Both the position numbers and the translations under genes were made by a program. From Octopus sinensis (taxonomy: Eukaryota): a stretch of 64,000 bases of DNA. Where the stretch lies: positions 43,958,001-44,022,000 of the forward strand of contig NC_043009.1 of NCBI RefSeq assembly GCF_006345805.1. The letters run 5' to 3'. Positions 11,345 to 24,125 of this stretch are shown here, in pieces; position 1 is the first letter of the stretch; each line of letters opens with the position of its first letter. Under the pieces are notes generated by a model. That model had not been told where the DNA came from and did no database searches. It was given only the letters and a program-made list of their open reading frames with translations.

Positions 11345-11651
11345 GATATATACACTGGCGAAAATATATTTAAGACAGACGATAAAAGTTCTATTTCTTA
11401 CAAAATATTTTGTTACTAACACCATACAAATTATTTTTATCTTTTACACCTTATGCAAAATTTATTTCGCTTTCGAATGATGCAGACAATAACCATTTTT
11501 ATACTACTTGAAGAATTCTAATGCTAAATATAATTTTAATGGAGATAACCTGCAGTATATAGTACAACATTTTTGTCTCCGTATATGAGCTAAGTATTAA
11601 TAAAATGTGGTATACGATAAAAATTTCGGATATTTGTCTTAAAACATTCAG

Positions 11652-11679
11652 ACAAGAAAATTCAGATGTAGCACATGAG
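11652..11679 (+). CDS. Candidate internal exon (QENSDVAHE) of an unidentified gene
   Basis: ttcag| ... GAG|gtatta; frame also open further upstream, so the acceptor is uncertain; joins in phase to 12313. Confidence 0.25.
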
Positions 11680-11742
11680 GTATTATTCCATACGAATATC
11701 CACATATTTATATTAAGAATTTCATGATAAAAATATAGAAAT

Positions 11743-12224
11743 ATTGGGTTGTCCGGAAAGTTCTTGCAGATTTATAGTAGCTTATCTTTCGACTTATTTT
11801 AGAACATGTTTGAGTCCATAAAATAGGATTTGACTACACCTCCATTTGGAGCACAGTTTAATCTATCTTTTCGTGGAAGAAGGTTTATGTTCCAATAACC
11901 TGTGTTAATTCTGTAACCCTTAAATTAAAAGATGAGAAAAATTCATTATCGGCATTTGATGCTTTGGGAACCAGACAAAAATTGCTGCAGCTTGGCTGGG
12001 GTGACTTACCCCACCCTCCATATTCACCAGATATTACTCCTTCGGATTTCCACTTATTCAGGTCTCTGCAGAATAGTCTTAATGGTGAAAATTTCAATTC
12101 CTTAGATGACGTAAAAAGATACCTTGATGAATTATTTGCCTTGAAACCACCCCAATTCTGGGAAGAGTATTTAGTGACATGTACTTCCTTTAAAAATCGG
12201 AACGAACTTTCCGGACAACCCAAT
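11743..12224 (+). mobile_element. Internally deleted mariner element
   Basis: TIRs TTGGGTTGTCCGGAAAGTTC / GAACTTTCCGGACAACCCAA flanked by TA; retains LPHPPYSPDITPSDFHLFRSLQNSLNG. Confidence 0.9.
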
Positions 12225-12312
12225 ATAAACATAACAATGAAATACAAATAAAAACATGAAAAATGAAAACCTAAATTGAAAGAGGCGATTAAATTTTTTT
12301 CCTAACCTGCAG

Positions 12313-12372
12313 CCGTTTGTTGTACGAAGTATTCGAAATTCAGCCCTCCTTCCTCAGGGTTCCTATCTCGAG
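12313..12372 (+). CDS. Candidate 60-nt internal exon (PFVVRSIRNSALLPQGSYLE in phase 0)
   Basis: ttttttcctaacctgcag| ... GAG|gtaaaa; all three frames open; non-repetitive sequence. Confidence 0.35.
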
Positions 12373-12602
12373 GTAAAATCCAGCAGAAAGCAGTAAGGCA
12401 CTACATGGTTAGTATCCAAGTGGTATTGATGATGAATAAGTGCAGATTTTCAAGAGGATTGCCACGTTTAAATAAGAAATGGAAATCATTTAGTTAATCA
12501 TGCAATTTTGGGAATATTCCATTTTTTACTGATATATACTACAATAACAAAGAAATTATTTAAGATTTTAGATTTATGCATAAGTATTCTTATGGTTCCA
12601 AA

Positions 12603-12870
12603 ACGCATGGTTCTCAGTTCAGTCCCACTGTGTGGTAACTTGGCATGTGTCTTCTACTATAGCCTGAGACCAACCAAAGCCTTGTCAGTGGATTTTGTAG
12701 ACAGAAACTGAAAGAAATCAATCGTATATATGTATGTATGTATGTAAGTCTGTGTATGTGTCTTTGTGTTCTCCCTCATCACTGCTTCACAACTGGTGTT
12801 CGTTTATTTACATCCCCATAACATACTGGTTTCACAAGAAGAAACTGATAGAATAAGTACCAGGCTTATC
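12603..12870 (+). mobile_element. tRNA-derived SINE, family B (CORE-like), degenerate
   Basis: GTTCAGTCCCACTG, TGTCTTCTACTATAGCC, AAAGCCTTGTCAGTGGATTT, GATAGAATAAGTAC blocks shared with other copies. Confidence 0.75.
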
Positions 12871-12974
12871 AAAATTTAAAAAAGCTCTACGCAGTGTCTC
12901 ACATTTTTGTTTGCCCACTCAGTTGTATCTATCAATTTATCTTTGTGTGTGTGTACATACATATATAATGTATG

Positions 12975-13030
<56 letters not shown>

Positions 13031-13098
13031 ATTTCGTGGACAGGAACTGAAACAAATCAATCGTATATATATGTATGTATATATGTAAGTGTATGTGT

Positions 13099-15803
13099 TT
13101 TAGTATTGGCAACATGAATGACAATAGCCAGAGACTACTTGAATTTTGCACATACCATAACCTGTGCATCACCAACACATTCTTTCCCAACAAGACATCC
13201 CACAAGGCATCTTGGAGACATCCAAGATCTCACCACTGGCATCAGTTGGATCTCATCATTACACGAAGATCCTTTCTGAATTCTGTTCAACTGACCCGTA
13301 GCGCGGATTGTGAGACAGATCATTCACTAATAAGAAGGGTGAGGATTCTGCCTAAAAAGTCCATCACTCCAAGAAAATTAGCCAACCACGCATTAACACT
13401 GCCAGAACCTCGAACCCTACACTGCGACAATGTTTTGCTGTTTATCAAGGTTGCCCTCAGTAGCTGCCCAACCTCCTCTGCTGAAAGTAGGTGGAATTAT
13501 ATCAGGGAAGCTTTGTATACCACATCAATAGATACTTTCGGAATGAGAGAAAGGTAAAACCCAGATTTTGTTCAGTGCTGGGCTCTCAGAGCTGGAACCA
13601 GTTATCGAAGCAAAGCGTACAGCTCTGATGCAATACAAGAGTGGTTCTTCTACAAAGTCACACGAAGAACTCAGAAAGGCAAGAAATAAAACCCAACTGA
13701 CTGCCAGACGCTATGCAAATGGGTATTGAAAGGAAATCTGTCAGAGTATCCAGTCAGCTGCTGACAGTGGCGACACCCGTGGGATGTATGCCGGTTTGAA
13801 GAAGGCCCTCGGTCCATCCGCAAATACCTCAGCCCCTCTGAAATCAACTACTGGAGATCTCATCAGGGACCAAAGCAAGCAAATGGATAGATGGATGGAG
13901 TACTACCAGGATCTCTACTCACGAGAGACCACGGTAGCTGAGGCTGCAATCGAGGGTGTCAAGATCTTGCCAGTCATGTGTGAACTTGACAGTCTGCCAT
14001 CTATAGCAGAGCTCACCAAATCTATTGACTCCCTAGCAAGTAACAAGGCTCCGGGAAAAGACGGCATCCCCTTAGAGATCATCAAAACCGGCAAAAACAC
14101 CATCCTGCTTCGGCACATTCATGAGCTTCTGTGTCAGTGCAGGTAAGAGGGTACAGTCCCTCAGAATATGCGGGATGCTAACATCATTACGCTTTACAAA
14201 AATAAAAGTGACCGTGATGATTGTAACAATTACCGTGGAATATCTCTTCTAAGCACAGTTGGAAAGGCCTCTGCTTGCATTATCCTGTCCAGGCTGCAAC
14301 TAATTGCTTCTCGAATTTATCCAGAATCGCAGTGTGGCTTTAGAAGCAGATCAACTATTGACATGATATTCTCCATACGCCAACTTCAGAAGTCCAGAGA
14401 GCAGAACATGCCATTATATATGGCCTTCATTGATCTGACAAAGGGCTTTGACTTGGTAAGTAGAAAAGGCCTCTTCATCCTGCTCCAAAAAATCGGATGT
14501 CCACCAAAGCTGCTGAGGATCATCAAATCATTCCATGCTAATATGCAAGGCACCATACAGCACAATGGTTCAACATCAGCCGCCTTCCAAATAAAAAATG
14601 GGGTAGAGCAAGGTTGTGTCCTTGCTCCTACATTATTTGGCATCTTCTTCTCGCTGCTGCTGTCACATGCCTTTGAGACATCAGATGATGGAGTGTTTCT
14701 GCACAGTAGAAGTGATGGGGAACTGTTCAATCTCTCGCGTCTGCGTGCCAAGACCAAAATTTCAGAAGCATCCTGATCAAGGAGATGCTATTTGCTGATG
14801 ATGCCGCTCTGGTATCACACACAGAAGAAGCCCTACGAAGGCTCAGCAACTGTTTTGAGCAAGCATTTGGCAACTTTGGCTTAGTTATCAGCCTCAAGAA
14901 GACCAACATCATGGGTCAGGCTACATCGGACATCCCAAACATACATATTGGAGACCACAGAGTATAGGAGGTGGAGAAGTTTACCTATTGGCTCTACCGT
15001 CACCTACAACCTATCCCTTGATGCTGAGCTCAATATACGCATTGGCAAGGCAGCTGCTGTGATGGCCCAACTCACCAAACGCGCATGGGACAACAATAAG
15101 CTGACCAAGACCACAAAAATGAAGATTTACCAGGCATGTGTACTTAGCACTCTACTGTATGACTTTGACGCCATACACACGCCATACGACGCCATACGTC
15201 GCCTAAATATCTTTCACCTGCGCTGTCTCCGGAAAATCCATCGCATCAAATGGCAGAATCATGTCCCTAACAAAGATGTCCTCAAGCAAGCAGGAATACC
15301 AAGCATGTTTGCACTCTTCACACAAAGACGTATGAGATGGCTTGGACATGTTAGCCGTATGGAAGATGGCAGAATCCCCAAGGACATACTCAACGGAGAG
15401 CTTGCTAGGGGCACTAGGTCTGTGGGAAGACCGTTCTTACGATACAAGGATGTTTGCAAAAGGGACATGAATGCCTGCAACATCAATATTACCAACTGGG
15501 AAGCAGTTGCCAGCAACCGTGGAGATTGGCGACGTACCGTGAAAGAGGGAACACAAAGGAGTGACAGAGGGAGAGAGAGGAGAAATGGAAAGACGAAAAG
15601 ACGTCAACAAGAAATTATGACATTACAACCAGTCAGGCAAAGTCTTCGCTACATTTACGACACCTGCCAGAGGGAGTGTTTGTCCCGGATAGGACTACAC
15701 AGCCACAGCAAGAGATGTATTAGGACATGAAATGTAAAAGCCGGACAAGATTATTTTATGCGCAACTCCATTGTCTCCCGAGACAAAAAGGATGCCAACA
15801 ACA
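13099..15803 (+). mobile_element. 5'-truncated RTE-clade LINE (endonuclease C-half + RT), frameshifted
   Basis: HPRSHHWHQLDL, NYRGISLLS, ESQCGFRS, AFIDLTKGFD, NGVEQGCVLAPTLF, LFADDA, RWLGHV; 3' end GGATGCCAACAACAA; flanked by 78-bp direct repeats. Confidence 0.95.
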
Positions 15804-16105
15804 ATATATATGGATTTCGTAGACAGGAACTGTAACAAATAAATCGTATATATATGTATGTATATATGTAAGTGTATGTGTGTGTCTTTGTCTCTGTGTT
15901 TCGCCCTCATCAGCTTCACAACTGCTGTTCACTTATTTACATCCACATAACTTACTGGTTTCACAAGAACAAACTAATAGAGTAAGTACTAGGCTTATCA
16001 ACATAAAAAAGCACTAGGCTGTGTCTCATTTTTTGTTTGCTCACTCAGTTGTATCTATCAATTTATCTTTGTATGTGTGCATGTGTGTGTGTATCTATCT
16101 ATCTA

Positions 16106-16144
<39 letters not shown>

Positions 16145-17429
16145 CCCTAATGGGAGCCTTAAATCCCAAATTTTAGTAATTTCTTTTATGATCCAAAACT
16201 TGGTCAAAAGTACTGAATGGATCTTTATGAAATTTGGAAATTATATTCTATGCATAAGGGCCATAACACCCATGACAATTCATATATTTTTGCTGTTGAT
16301 GAAATTTTAACCATAGACATTAGACACAAATGAAGTAATATCTATAAAATTTCATCTTACAAAGTTAGAAAGACCCCTCCATGGGGACTTAACAACTACA
16401 ATTTTGTCATTTTATCTAAGCAAAAATGAATACAGTTGTGCTCTTGGAAGCTGTAGGGTTACCCGAGCATAAAAGATGAGCATTATTGTAATTCAATGGT
16501 ACAACAGTGTAACAGTTTGCTTTGACATACACACTGCATAAATTGTCAAGTAAATGAGAGGCATCTTTGCCTCCACTGATTCAGTTGCAAAGTGTAGAGT
16601 AAAAATTATTTGATTGCAGACCTCCTTTCAGTCTTTTTATTATCACTCGGTCACACATAGTCCCCAGATGGTAACATTGATTTCAAGGCCTTCCCAGATG
16701 AGTGACTGGTTATTCGAAGACATTTATAGATTTTAAATTTATTCTGTCCAGTTACGTATCAGTATAGGGTCATTTGCAAACTACAGAGGTGACACTTTCA
16801 TTTCTCCTTAGCTCTCACGTCAAACAGTTGTTAATGTTGATTTCAGTTGGGTCACGCCCTTCCAATTGCTATAGATTTGTAATGCATCTTACGGCTGTGC
16901 CTGTCACCTGGATGGTGAGGAATCCTACATTAGGAGTGGTAACGACTAGGGTAGGGTAACTGACTGCTTATTGTGATCATTCGTCTTTTGGTTTCCTGTA
17001 GCTTTGCTCTCTTTTACAAACCCAGTGAACATATATTCCTATTTCAAAGAAATTCAAACAATAGATATAAGACCCAAGTTAAAAAGATTTTCAACAATTC
17101 AACTTCTCTGGTTGACATTAAGATGCCCACCCCCAACAGGGGCCTTAACTCTCACATTTTAGAGCTCCATGACCTTCATTTTTCAGGAACAAAATCTTTT
17201 TAACAAGTTAAATAAGACTGGAATTTGGAATATGCGCATAAAAATCAGGATTATGGGATACATGTGGCACGATTACAATTTTTTAGGGTGTGTAAAGATT
17301 GAAATAACCCTCATCTGCAATTTTGATGAAATTCGAAACATAGATATTCCAGTTCATCACAGAAGATATAACAGAAAAGTCTAATTCTCCAATTGAATGT
17401 AATCGGGTAACGCCGGGTATCTCTGCTAG
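16106..17429 (+). mobile_element. Decayed Helitron-like element
   Basis: 5' region with TACTGAATGGATCTTTATGAAATTTGG; 3' CGGGTAACGCCGGG hairpin + CTAG|T; weak helicase-like remnant LEAVGLPEHK...NGT. Confidence 0.5.
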
Positions 17430-17493
17430 TTATATATAAATATAAAAAAGTAAAAGATATGCAATAAATATAAAATGTATATAAAAGTAAAAA

Positions 17494-17547
<54 letters not shown>

Positions 17548-17550
<3 letters not shown>

Positions 17551-17848
17551 TTTCTTTTCTTTCTTTTATTCTTTTACTTGTTTCGACCCGAACACTTCTT
17601 TAAAGTAATTCTATATATTTCGCAAAAAAGAACAATAATATTATGTATATACATGCCACCATCGGGGGGACAAACACAAACACACACACAGTTTCCGTCT
17701 ACCAAATTCACTCACAAGGCTTTGGTTGGCTTGAGGCTCTAGTAGAAGACCAAGGCGTCGCGTAATGGGGCTGAACCCAGAACCATGTAGTTGGTAAGCA
17801 GGCTACTTACCACACAGCCACTCATGCATATGTATGTGTGTGTGTGTG

Positions 17849-17890
<42 letters not shown>

Positions 17891-18122
17891 TGTGTGTCTG
17901 TGTGTAGTTTGACAAGTGTCAATGAACGAAACTCTCGCCCCCCGAGTCACTCTGTTGCTTCTGCTAAATATTGATAAACACATATATGACAAGCTTTTTC
18001 AGATTCCGTCAACCAAATCTACTCACAAGGGTTTAGTCGACCCAGGGCTATAGTAGAAACACCCGTTCAAAGTGCCACGCAGCTGGACTGAACCCGGAAC
18101 AGCTTACAACACAGTCACGCCT
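17548..18122 (-). mobile_element. Two fragments of SINE family B separated by (TG)n
   Basis: CCAAATTCACTCACAAGGCTTTGG, GAACCCAGAACCATG, ACTTACCACACAGCCAC and a second similar block at ~17985-18122. Confidence 0.75.
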
Positions 18123-18148
18123 GCTTCTATTCACATATACATGATATA

Positions 18149-18374
18149 TATTTCTTTTGCTACCCACAAGGGGCTAAACATAGAGGGGACAAACAAGGAC
18201 AGACAAACGGATTAAGTCGATTACATCGACCCAGTGCGAAACTGGTACTTTATTTATCGACCCCGAGAGGATGAAAGGCAAAGTCGACCTCGGCGGAACT
18301 TGAACTCAGAACGTAGACGAAATACTGCTAAGCATTTCGCCCGGCGTGCTAACGCTTCTGCCAGCTCGCCGCCT
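18149..18374 (-). mobile_element. SINE family A, full length
   Basis: Colinear with 1266-1496. Confidence 0.9.
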
Positions 18375-19015
18375 CTTGCATATAAATCTATGTGCGTATA
18401 TAGACACAGTTATACATACACATACCTAGTCATGGATGGCTACACACACTAACACACACGTACACATACACATGCAAGTAGTCACACGAGTGTACACACA
18501 ACCACACACATACGCACGCACACACACACACACACATACACACTCGCACGCACGCACATAATCTCCTTTCCTCTCACCCTTATTCTTCTAAGCAAACACA
18601 CATCTACACACACATAGAAAGGCATGCATGCACGCAGACATAAGATTAATTCGCGGCCAAATTTCAGGGCAGACGTTGAAGAGAAAGGACAAGCTATTGA
18701 AAAGGTCGCGAAAAATAGCGACGAACGGACTTTCACGAAGAAATAAAACTTTGATTGTTTAACCAAACAAACGATCGATTACGAAGTTGGTCAGATGTGT
18801 AACCATATCGTTATTGGCATAATGACCCTCCCAAGAATCAACAAGATGTATGTGTGTATACGTGTGTGAGTGTGTGTGCGTATGTGTATATATGTATGTG
18901 TGTGTGTGTATATGTATGTGTGTGTGTGTGGCAAAAACAGACCGATAGAATAAGTACTAGGCTTACAAAGAATAATCCCTAGAGTCGATTTGCTCGACTA
19001 AATGCAGTGCTCCAG

Positions 19016-19060
19016 TGTCGCTGAAGAGTTCACAGACAGTGTGACGAAAGATTTCCGGAC
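19016..19060 (+). ncRNA. Degenerate type I hammerhead-like motif
   Basis: CTGAAGA, stem II TCACA/TGTGA, C-GAAA; stems III and I poorly paired. Confidence 0.4.
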
Positions 19061-19688
19061 GATAAACATAAATTAGAATAAGAACAGTAATAAATGAGTG
19101 AAAAGGGAATTATATAGGGCGCTGTTATTGGCAAAAAGAGGGAAAAAAATAATATCTCGAAATACAAACAATATCTGTTTCAACGCACGGTTTCACATCA
19201 AGATCTTGCAGCACACATAATAAAAGGATATATTTACAGAAAACAACAAAAGACGAGACAGGTGCAGGAATAAACAAGCAGGTGAATTGTTGATGTAATA
19301 TAGAGAATACAAACGAGTTCCCTATGGATACCGTATTTATTACAACGAGTGGCTTGTAAACGAGTTGTATAAATACGGTATCATAGGGAATGAGTTTGGT
19401 ATTTTATTTATTACACACGAATAAAGGACCATATTTTATTAACCCAATAACTAAATCTTCACGTTTAGTTGTAACTTATGAATGACAAAAGTAGTGCCGT
19501 CACCGTGACCTCAGTCATCACCATGGATTGACCAATCAGAAGGCAGCGTGTCACCGTGACCTCGGGTCATCACCGGATGACCAATCAGAAGCAGCGCTGC
19601 AGTATCTGACATATGTTAGATACCAAAAAATACTCAAAGGGTTCTCACTCACAGTGGTAATAAATATATATATATATATATTATATTA

Positions 19689-19731
<43 letters not shown>

Positions 19732-19801
19732 TATATAATATATATATATATATATATTTAGTGTAGGAAGAAACGAAGATTTAACAAAATTCCTTTTTAT
19801 T

Positions 19802-19886
19802 ATTTTCTACATATGTTTCAAAGGCTGCAAAGTCCCTATTCGGATTGAATAAGGAGTCCATTTTGCAGCCTTCTCTTCAGGAAAAT
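19802..19886 (-). ncRNA. Type I hammerhead ribozyme motif (Penelope pLTR-type), core intact
   Basis: Minus: ATTTTC-CTGAAGA-G-AAGGCTGCAAA...TTTGCAGCCTT-T-GAAA-CATATG-TA-GAAAAT; 6-bp stem I, 11-bp stem II base, palindromic stem III, GUA site. Confidence 0.75.
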
Positions 19887-20577
19887 CCAGGAACTTAATT
19901 CTCCAACAAAATGCACAGCAGCTTTTCACAAACGCTCACGAGGAGCCCATGGAATAAATGGCACCAAATGTCTATCTATAGCGTTGACGCCAGGCTGGGT
20001 GAAAGCAGACGAGAATGTCCGTTAAGATAGTTCAAGGTCAAATCCGGTTAGGAGAAGGGGGGTACAGAAAATCAAGAGTGTGAATGTATTCTGTATGACT
20101 GGTGTTTATATTTGAATTATTTAAGAATGAGTGCTAGGTGTTGAGTGTGAGAAATTGCTTTCATATATGGTGTGTGCGTCTAGTATGTGTGGCAGTGTGT
20201 TTCGAAGGCAGCAAGAGAGAGATATATAGCAGGTATAATGGTCAGCAACAGAAAAGACTGTATATATATAATATAATTAGAAAAAAAACACCTTTTATCA
20301 ATTCATGATATATACGATTTATTTATTTTTGCAGATTACTTAATCATTGGTATATTATTATTTTATATTTAATATTTCTATTATATGTAATTTTTAGATG
20401 GTGTAATTTGATTGTTCATTTGAATTGATAAAAGGTGGTTTTTTCTAATTTTATAATATATATATATATATATATTATATTTCGTGAAATTTGAATTAGT
20501 ATTTCTAAATTGAATTTTTCCCTGTAAGTTATGTATAATATTCCCTCAAATTTTATATAATATATACACTGTATATA

Positions 20578-20625
<48 letters not shown>

Positions 20626-20681
20626 ATAGATATATATATATATATACTGTATATATATGTGTAGTGTGTATAGATAATATA

Positions 20682-20718
<37 letters not shown>

Positions 20719-20721
<3 letters not shown>

Positions 20722-21104
20722 TTATATATAAAAGTGAAGTTGGTGTCTGTCTCCTACGATTTAGATTCTAACTACTCCCTCATTTTGCGGTGCAGTGTAA
20801 CAAAAGCGGGTATCTTATAGTCGTGATTCATATCGAGCCCTTCTGGGTATTAGCGCACGTTACGAGAGTTTATGATTTAAAAAAAAATTAACATAATTTT
20901 TTCCGCATTTTTAATGCATTTTCGCTCGGTTACATAAGGGAAGTAACTCTCTAAAAAGATTATTAAACTCAAGAATGTAAAAAGCTACAGTAAACATCCC
21001 CCTGTGGTTACCATATTGAGATGGCTATTATACTTAACATCTCAAAAAATGCTTATATAGTTATTTCCCTTACAAACCCGAGCAACGCCGGGCGACACTG
21101 CTAG
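20719..21104 (+). mobile_element. Non-autonomous Helitron, complete
   Basis: 5' TC TTTATATATAAAAG, 3' hairpin + CTAG, inserted between A and T. Confidence 0.85.
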
Positions 21105-21274
21105 TATATATATATATATATATATATATACTCTTTTATTCTTTTATTTGTTACAGTCATTTGACTTTCTGTCTTCGTGTGTATCTTTGCTCCGCTTTTA
21201 TACATATACACACATACGCGAGTAAATATACGTGTAAAACCCTTGTGGTATGCTATATAAAGCTCGTATAAAGT

Positions 21275-21374
21275 CTTACTCAAAGAAGGTGCATTTCACA
21301 CCTTGAATGGTGATATGATTACAAAACATCACCAATGAACAAGTGTAAAAATGTGTCGAAACAATTGTAAGTTT
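21275..21374 (+). ncRNA. Degenerate hammerhead-like motif
   Basis: C-GAAA-CAATTG-TA with a long stem II; 5' core mutated (CTCAAAGA instead of CTGAAGA). Confidence 0.4.
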
Positions 21375-21384
21375 ATAGATAATG

Positions 21385-21424
<40 letters not shown>

Positions 21425-21456
21425 TATATATCTATATATTATATATATATATATAT

Positions 21457-21502
<46 letters not shown>

Positions 21503-22134
21503 TGTATGTGTATGTAATACTTACATATATATGTATATACATATGCATATATGGGTTCAGGACGTCACAGAAGGTAAACAACAGGAAATACGAAATACGA
21601 AAATATGGAATACGAACTTTTTTGCGAACAGCGAAAGAAACAATAGTATCGATAATGCCCGAAATTGCGTTTGACCCCTCTTGCTGATAACTGATGAAGA
21701 ATTTGTGACCTTGTGCGTTTTCTGTTCGCCTGTGCATTTAGTATGTGTTCGTTTGTTTATTTACAATACGTTTATTTTTAATTATATATATATAGATATG
21801 TCATATTTTCCGTTTGTTGTCTTTTTATTTAATCCTGAAGATATTATTTATGTAACGCACGCACTCATTAATCTTTTACCTATATATATATGTGTGTGCG
21901 TGTGTATGTGTGCGTGTGTGTATGTGTGTGAGTGTGTGTGTGTGCGTGCGCGCGCGCGCGCGTGTGTGTGTAGTTCAAATTTACAGAAAACAAACGACGA
22001 AGACAGGTGAAAGAACAACAAGCAGAGTTTGAAGGTTTTTTAGTTATAGAAATCGACCCCAGGACTTACTCTTTGGAACCCTAGCACTTATTCTATCGGT
22101 TTCTTTTTCCAAAACGCTAAGCTACGGGGACGTG

Positions 22135-22168
<34 letters not shown>

Positions 22169-22620
22169 GGCGTAGGAGTTTGCTGCCTGGTCACTAGGTC
22201 AAATAGATTTGGACGATGGAAACTGAAAAAAGCCCGTCGTATATACGTGTTTGTGGGCCGGAGGGGGCTAGCTTCGTGCTTGTCCCAGACAACCGCTTGT
22301 TGACTTCCTTTCCATCCCCGCAACTTAGAAGTTCGACGAAATTAACCGATAGAATATGTCGAATGACTGAGATAAGTAAATGTTTTTTTTAGATATATCG
22401 TAGTAATATCTAATGTAGTTGTGGTTTACGACCAGTCAGGACGTTACCATTGGTTTCACACTTTTTATACTCTTAGCAATATAGACGTCTCCCACGGCTA
22501 AGAACGTAAAAGGCGCGAAAGCAAAGGTGACTCCCTGACCGGCCATACCAGCCACATAGTTTCGGGTTCATTCACATTGCGTGGCACCTTAGAACCTAGG
22601 GTTGGATTCAAAATTCTACC

Positions 22621-22668
22621 AGGACACCTGATGAAGGCTGGAGAGTAAATCAGCCGAAATTTTGTGGT
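22621..22668 (+). ncRNA. Hammerhead-like motif with damaged stem III
   Basis: GACAC-CTGATGA-A-GGCTG-loop-CAGCC-GAAA-TTTT-GTGGT. Confidence 0.55.
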
Positions 22669-23261
22669 AGCAACAAACAAGATGAGGACAAATATCCGTC
22701 CAATGTAAAAAATGTAAATATTGTACAGAATTCCTCATCTCTAAAATATAGAACAATTTATGATTGTTTCAAAAATTCCATGTTGACTTAATCTTGCATC
22801 GTGTTTTTAAACGACTCCACAATTAATGATGTAGTTATATCCGTTGTACAGATACCCCGTTCATAGAAATGATCCCTCGCAACTCTCTACAAAAAATAAT
22901 ATGAAGTGTTTGTCTATCGCTTAAATATAGGACATTAATCAATGTTTATAGTGGACGGCACAGCGGTCACGTTTATAAACATGATTGAAGATAAGTCAAA
23001 ATGAATTTGTAGAAATAATTGTAAACTATGAAACAAAAATAATAACGCAAACTCCACTTTTCAGTGCTTATTACTTCTGTAACCCCTCAGAGGAAACATG
23101 ACTCCTCCTTCACTCCTCTCCACCCTTCATTTATGGTTTGAGAATTCTATAATTCTATAATTGTTGTAAACTGGAATGGAACTTACTCTCTTTCTGCTCA
23201 CATCCATTCACCATTTAATGTTACTTGCTTTGCATCTTTTAGAGAGATAGATTAGATATAA

Positions 23262-23661
23262 CTAGCAGTATCGCCCGGCGTTGCTCGGGTTTGTAAGGGA
23301 AATAACTATATAAGCATTTTTAGAGAGTTATAGCCCAAAAATAGCAAAAAAAAAATGCATTAAAAATGGAAAAAAATGATGGTAAATTTTTTTTTTAAAT
23401 CGTTGACTCATCGTAGACATTTTTAGAGAGTTACTTCCCTTATATAATATCGAAAAATGCATTAAAATGGAAAAAAATGATGGTAAATTTTTTTAAAAAT
23501 CGTAGACTCATCGTAGACGCGCACTAATACCCAGAAGGGCTCGATATGAATCACGACTATAAGATACCCGGTTTTGGTTAAACTGCACCGCAAAATGTGG
23601 GAGTAGTTAGGAATTTAAATCGTAGGAGACAGACACACAACCTCTCTTTTATATATAAAGA
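23262..23661 (-). mobile_element. Non-autonomous Helitron, complete, with internal duplication
   Basis: Reverse complement of the 20719-21104 family; TC...CTAG termini. Confidence 0.85.
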
Positions 23662-23685
23662 TAAACTCAAAGAGCAACTAGAAAG

Positions 23686-24125
23686 TGAAAGTAGTTTCTA
23701 ACTTAGGATGTCTCATAGATAGTGGTGGCAATGGTGTTGGAGGTGGTAGATGTGGTTATCATGGCAGTGGTGGTGTAGTGGTGACAGTGGATGTGTATGA
23801 TGGCAGAAATTATAGTGTTGGTGTTTTTGTAGAGATGGTGATGGTGGTGGCGGCAGTGGATGATGATGATAATGATGATGATAGTAGTAGTAGCATTGAT
23901 TATGTTAGGATGTCTCATGGATGGTAGAGTTGAAGACATTGCAGAGTGTAGTGGTGGTGAAATTGGTGATTTTGAATATGATGCTGGTATTGATCTTGGG
24001 GTTGTGGTTGCAGAAGATGGTTGTGGTGGTGGCATTCGAGGTTGTAGTAATGGTTGTAGTGGTGGTTGTGAAGATGATTCTGATATTGATAGTCTTTGCA
24101 TTGAGGTGGTGGCAGAGTCAGAGTA
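23686..24125. repeat. Degenerate (TGG/TAG/TGA)n low-complexity tract
   Basis: Direct reading. Confidence 0.85.

Noticed and set aside
12313-12409. Alternative minus-strand exon CLTAFCWILPRDRNPEEGGLNFEYFVQQTAA
   Set aside because: The acceptor lacks a polypyrimidine tract and the plus-strand reading has better sites; not excluded without RNA data.
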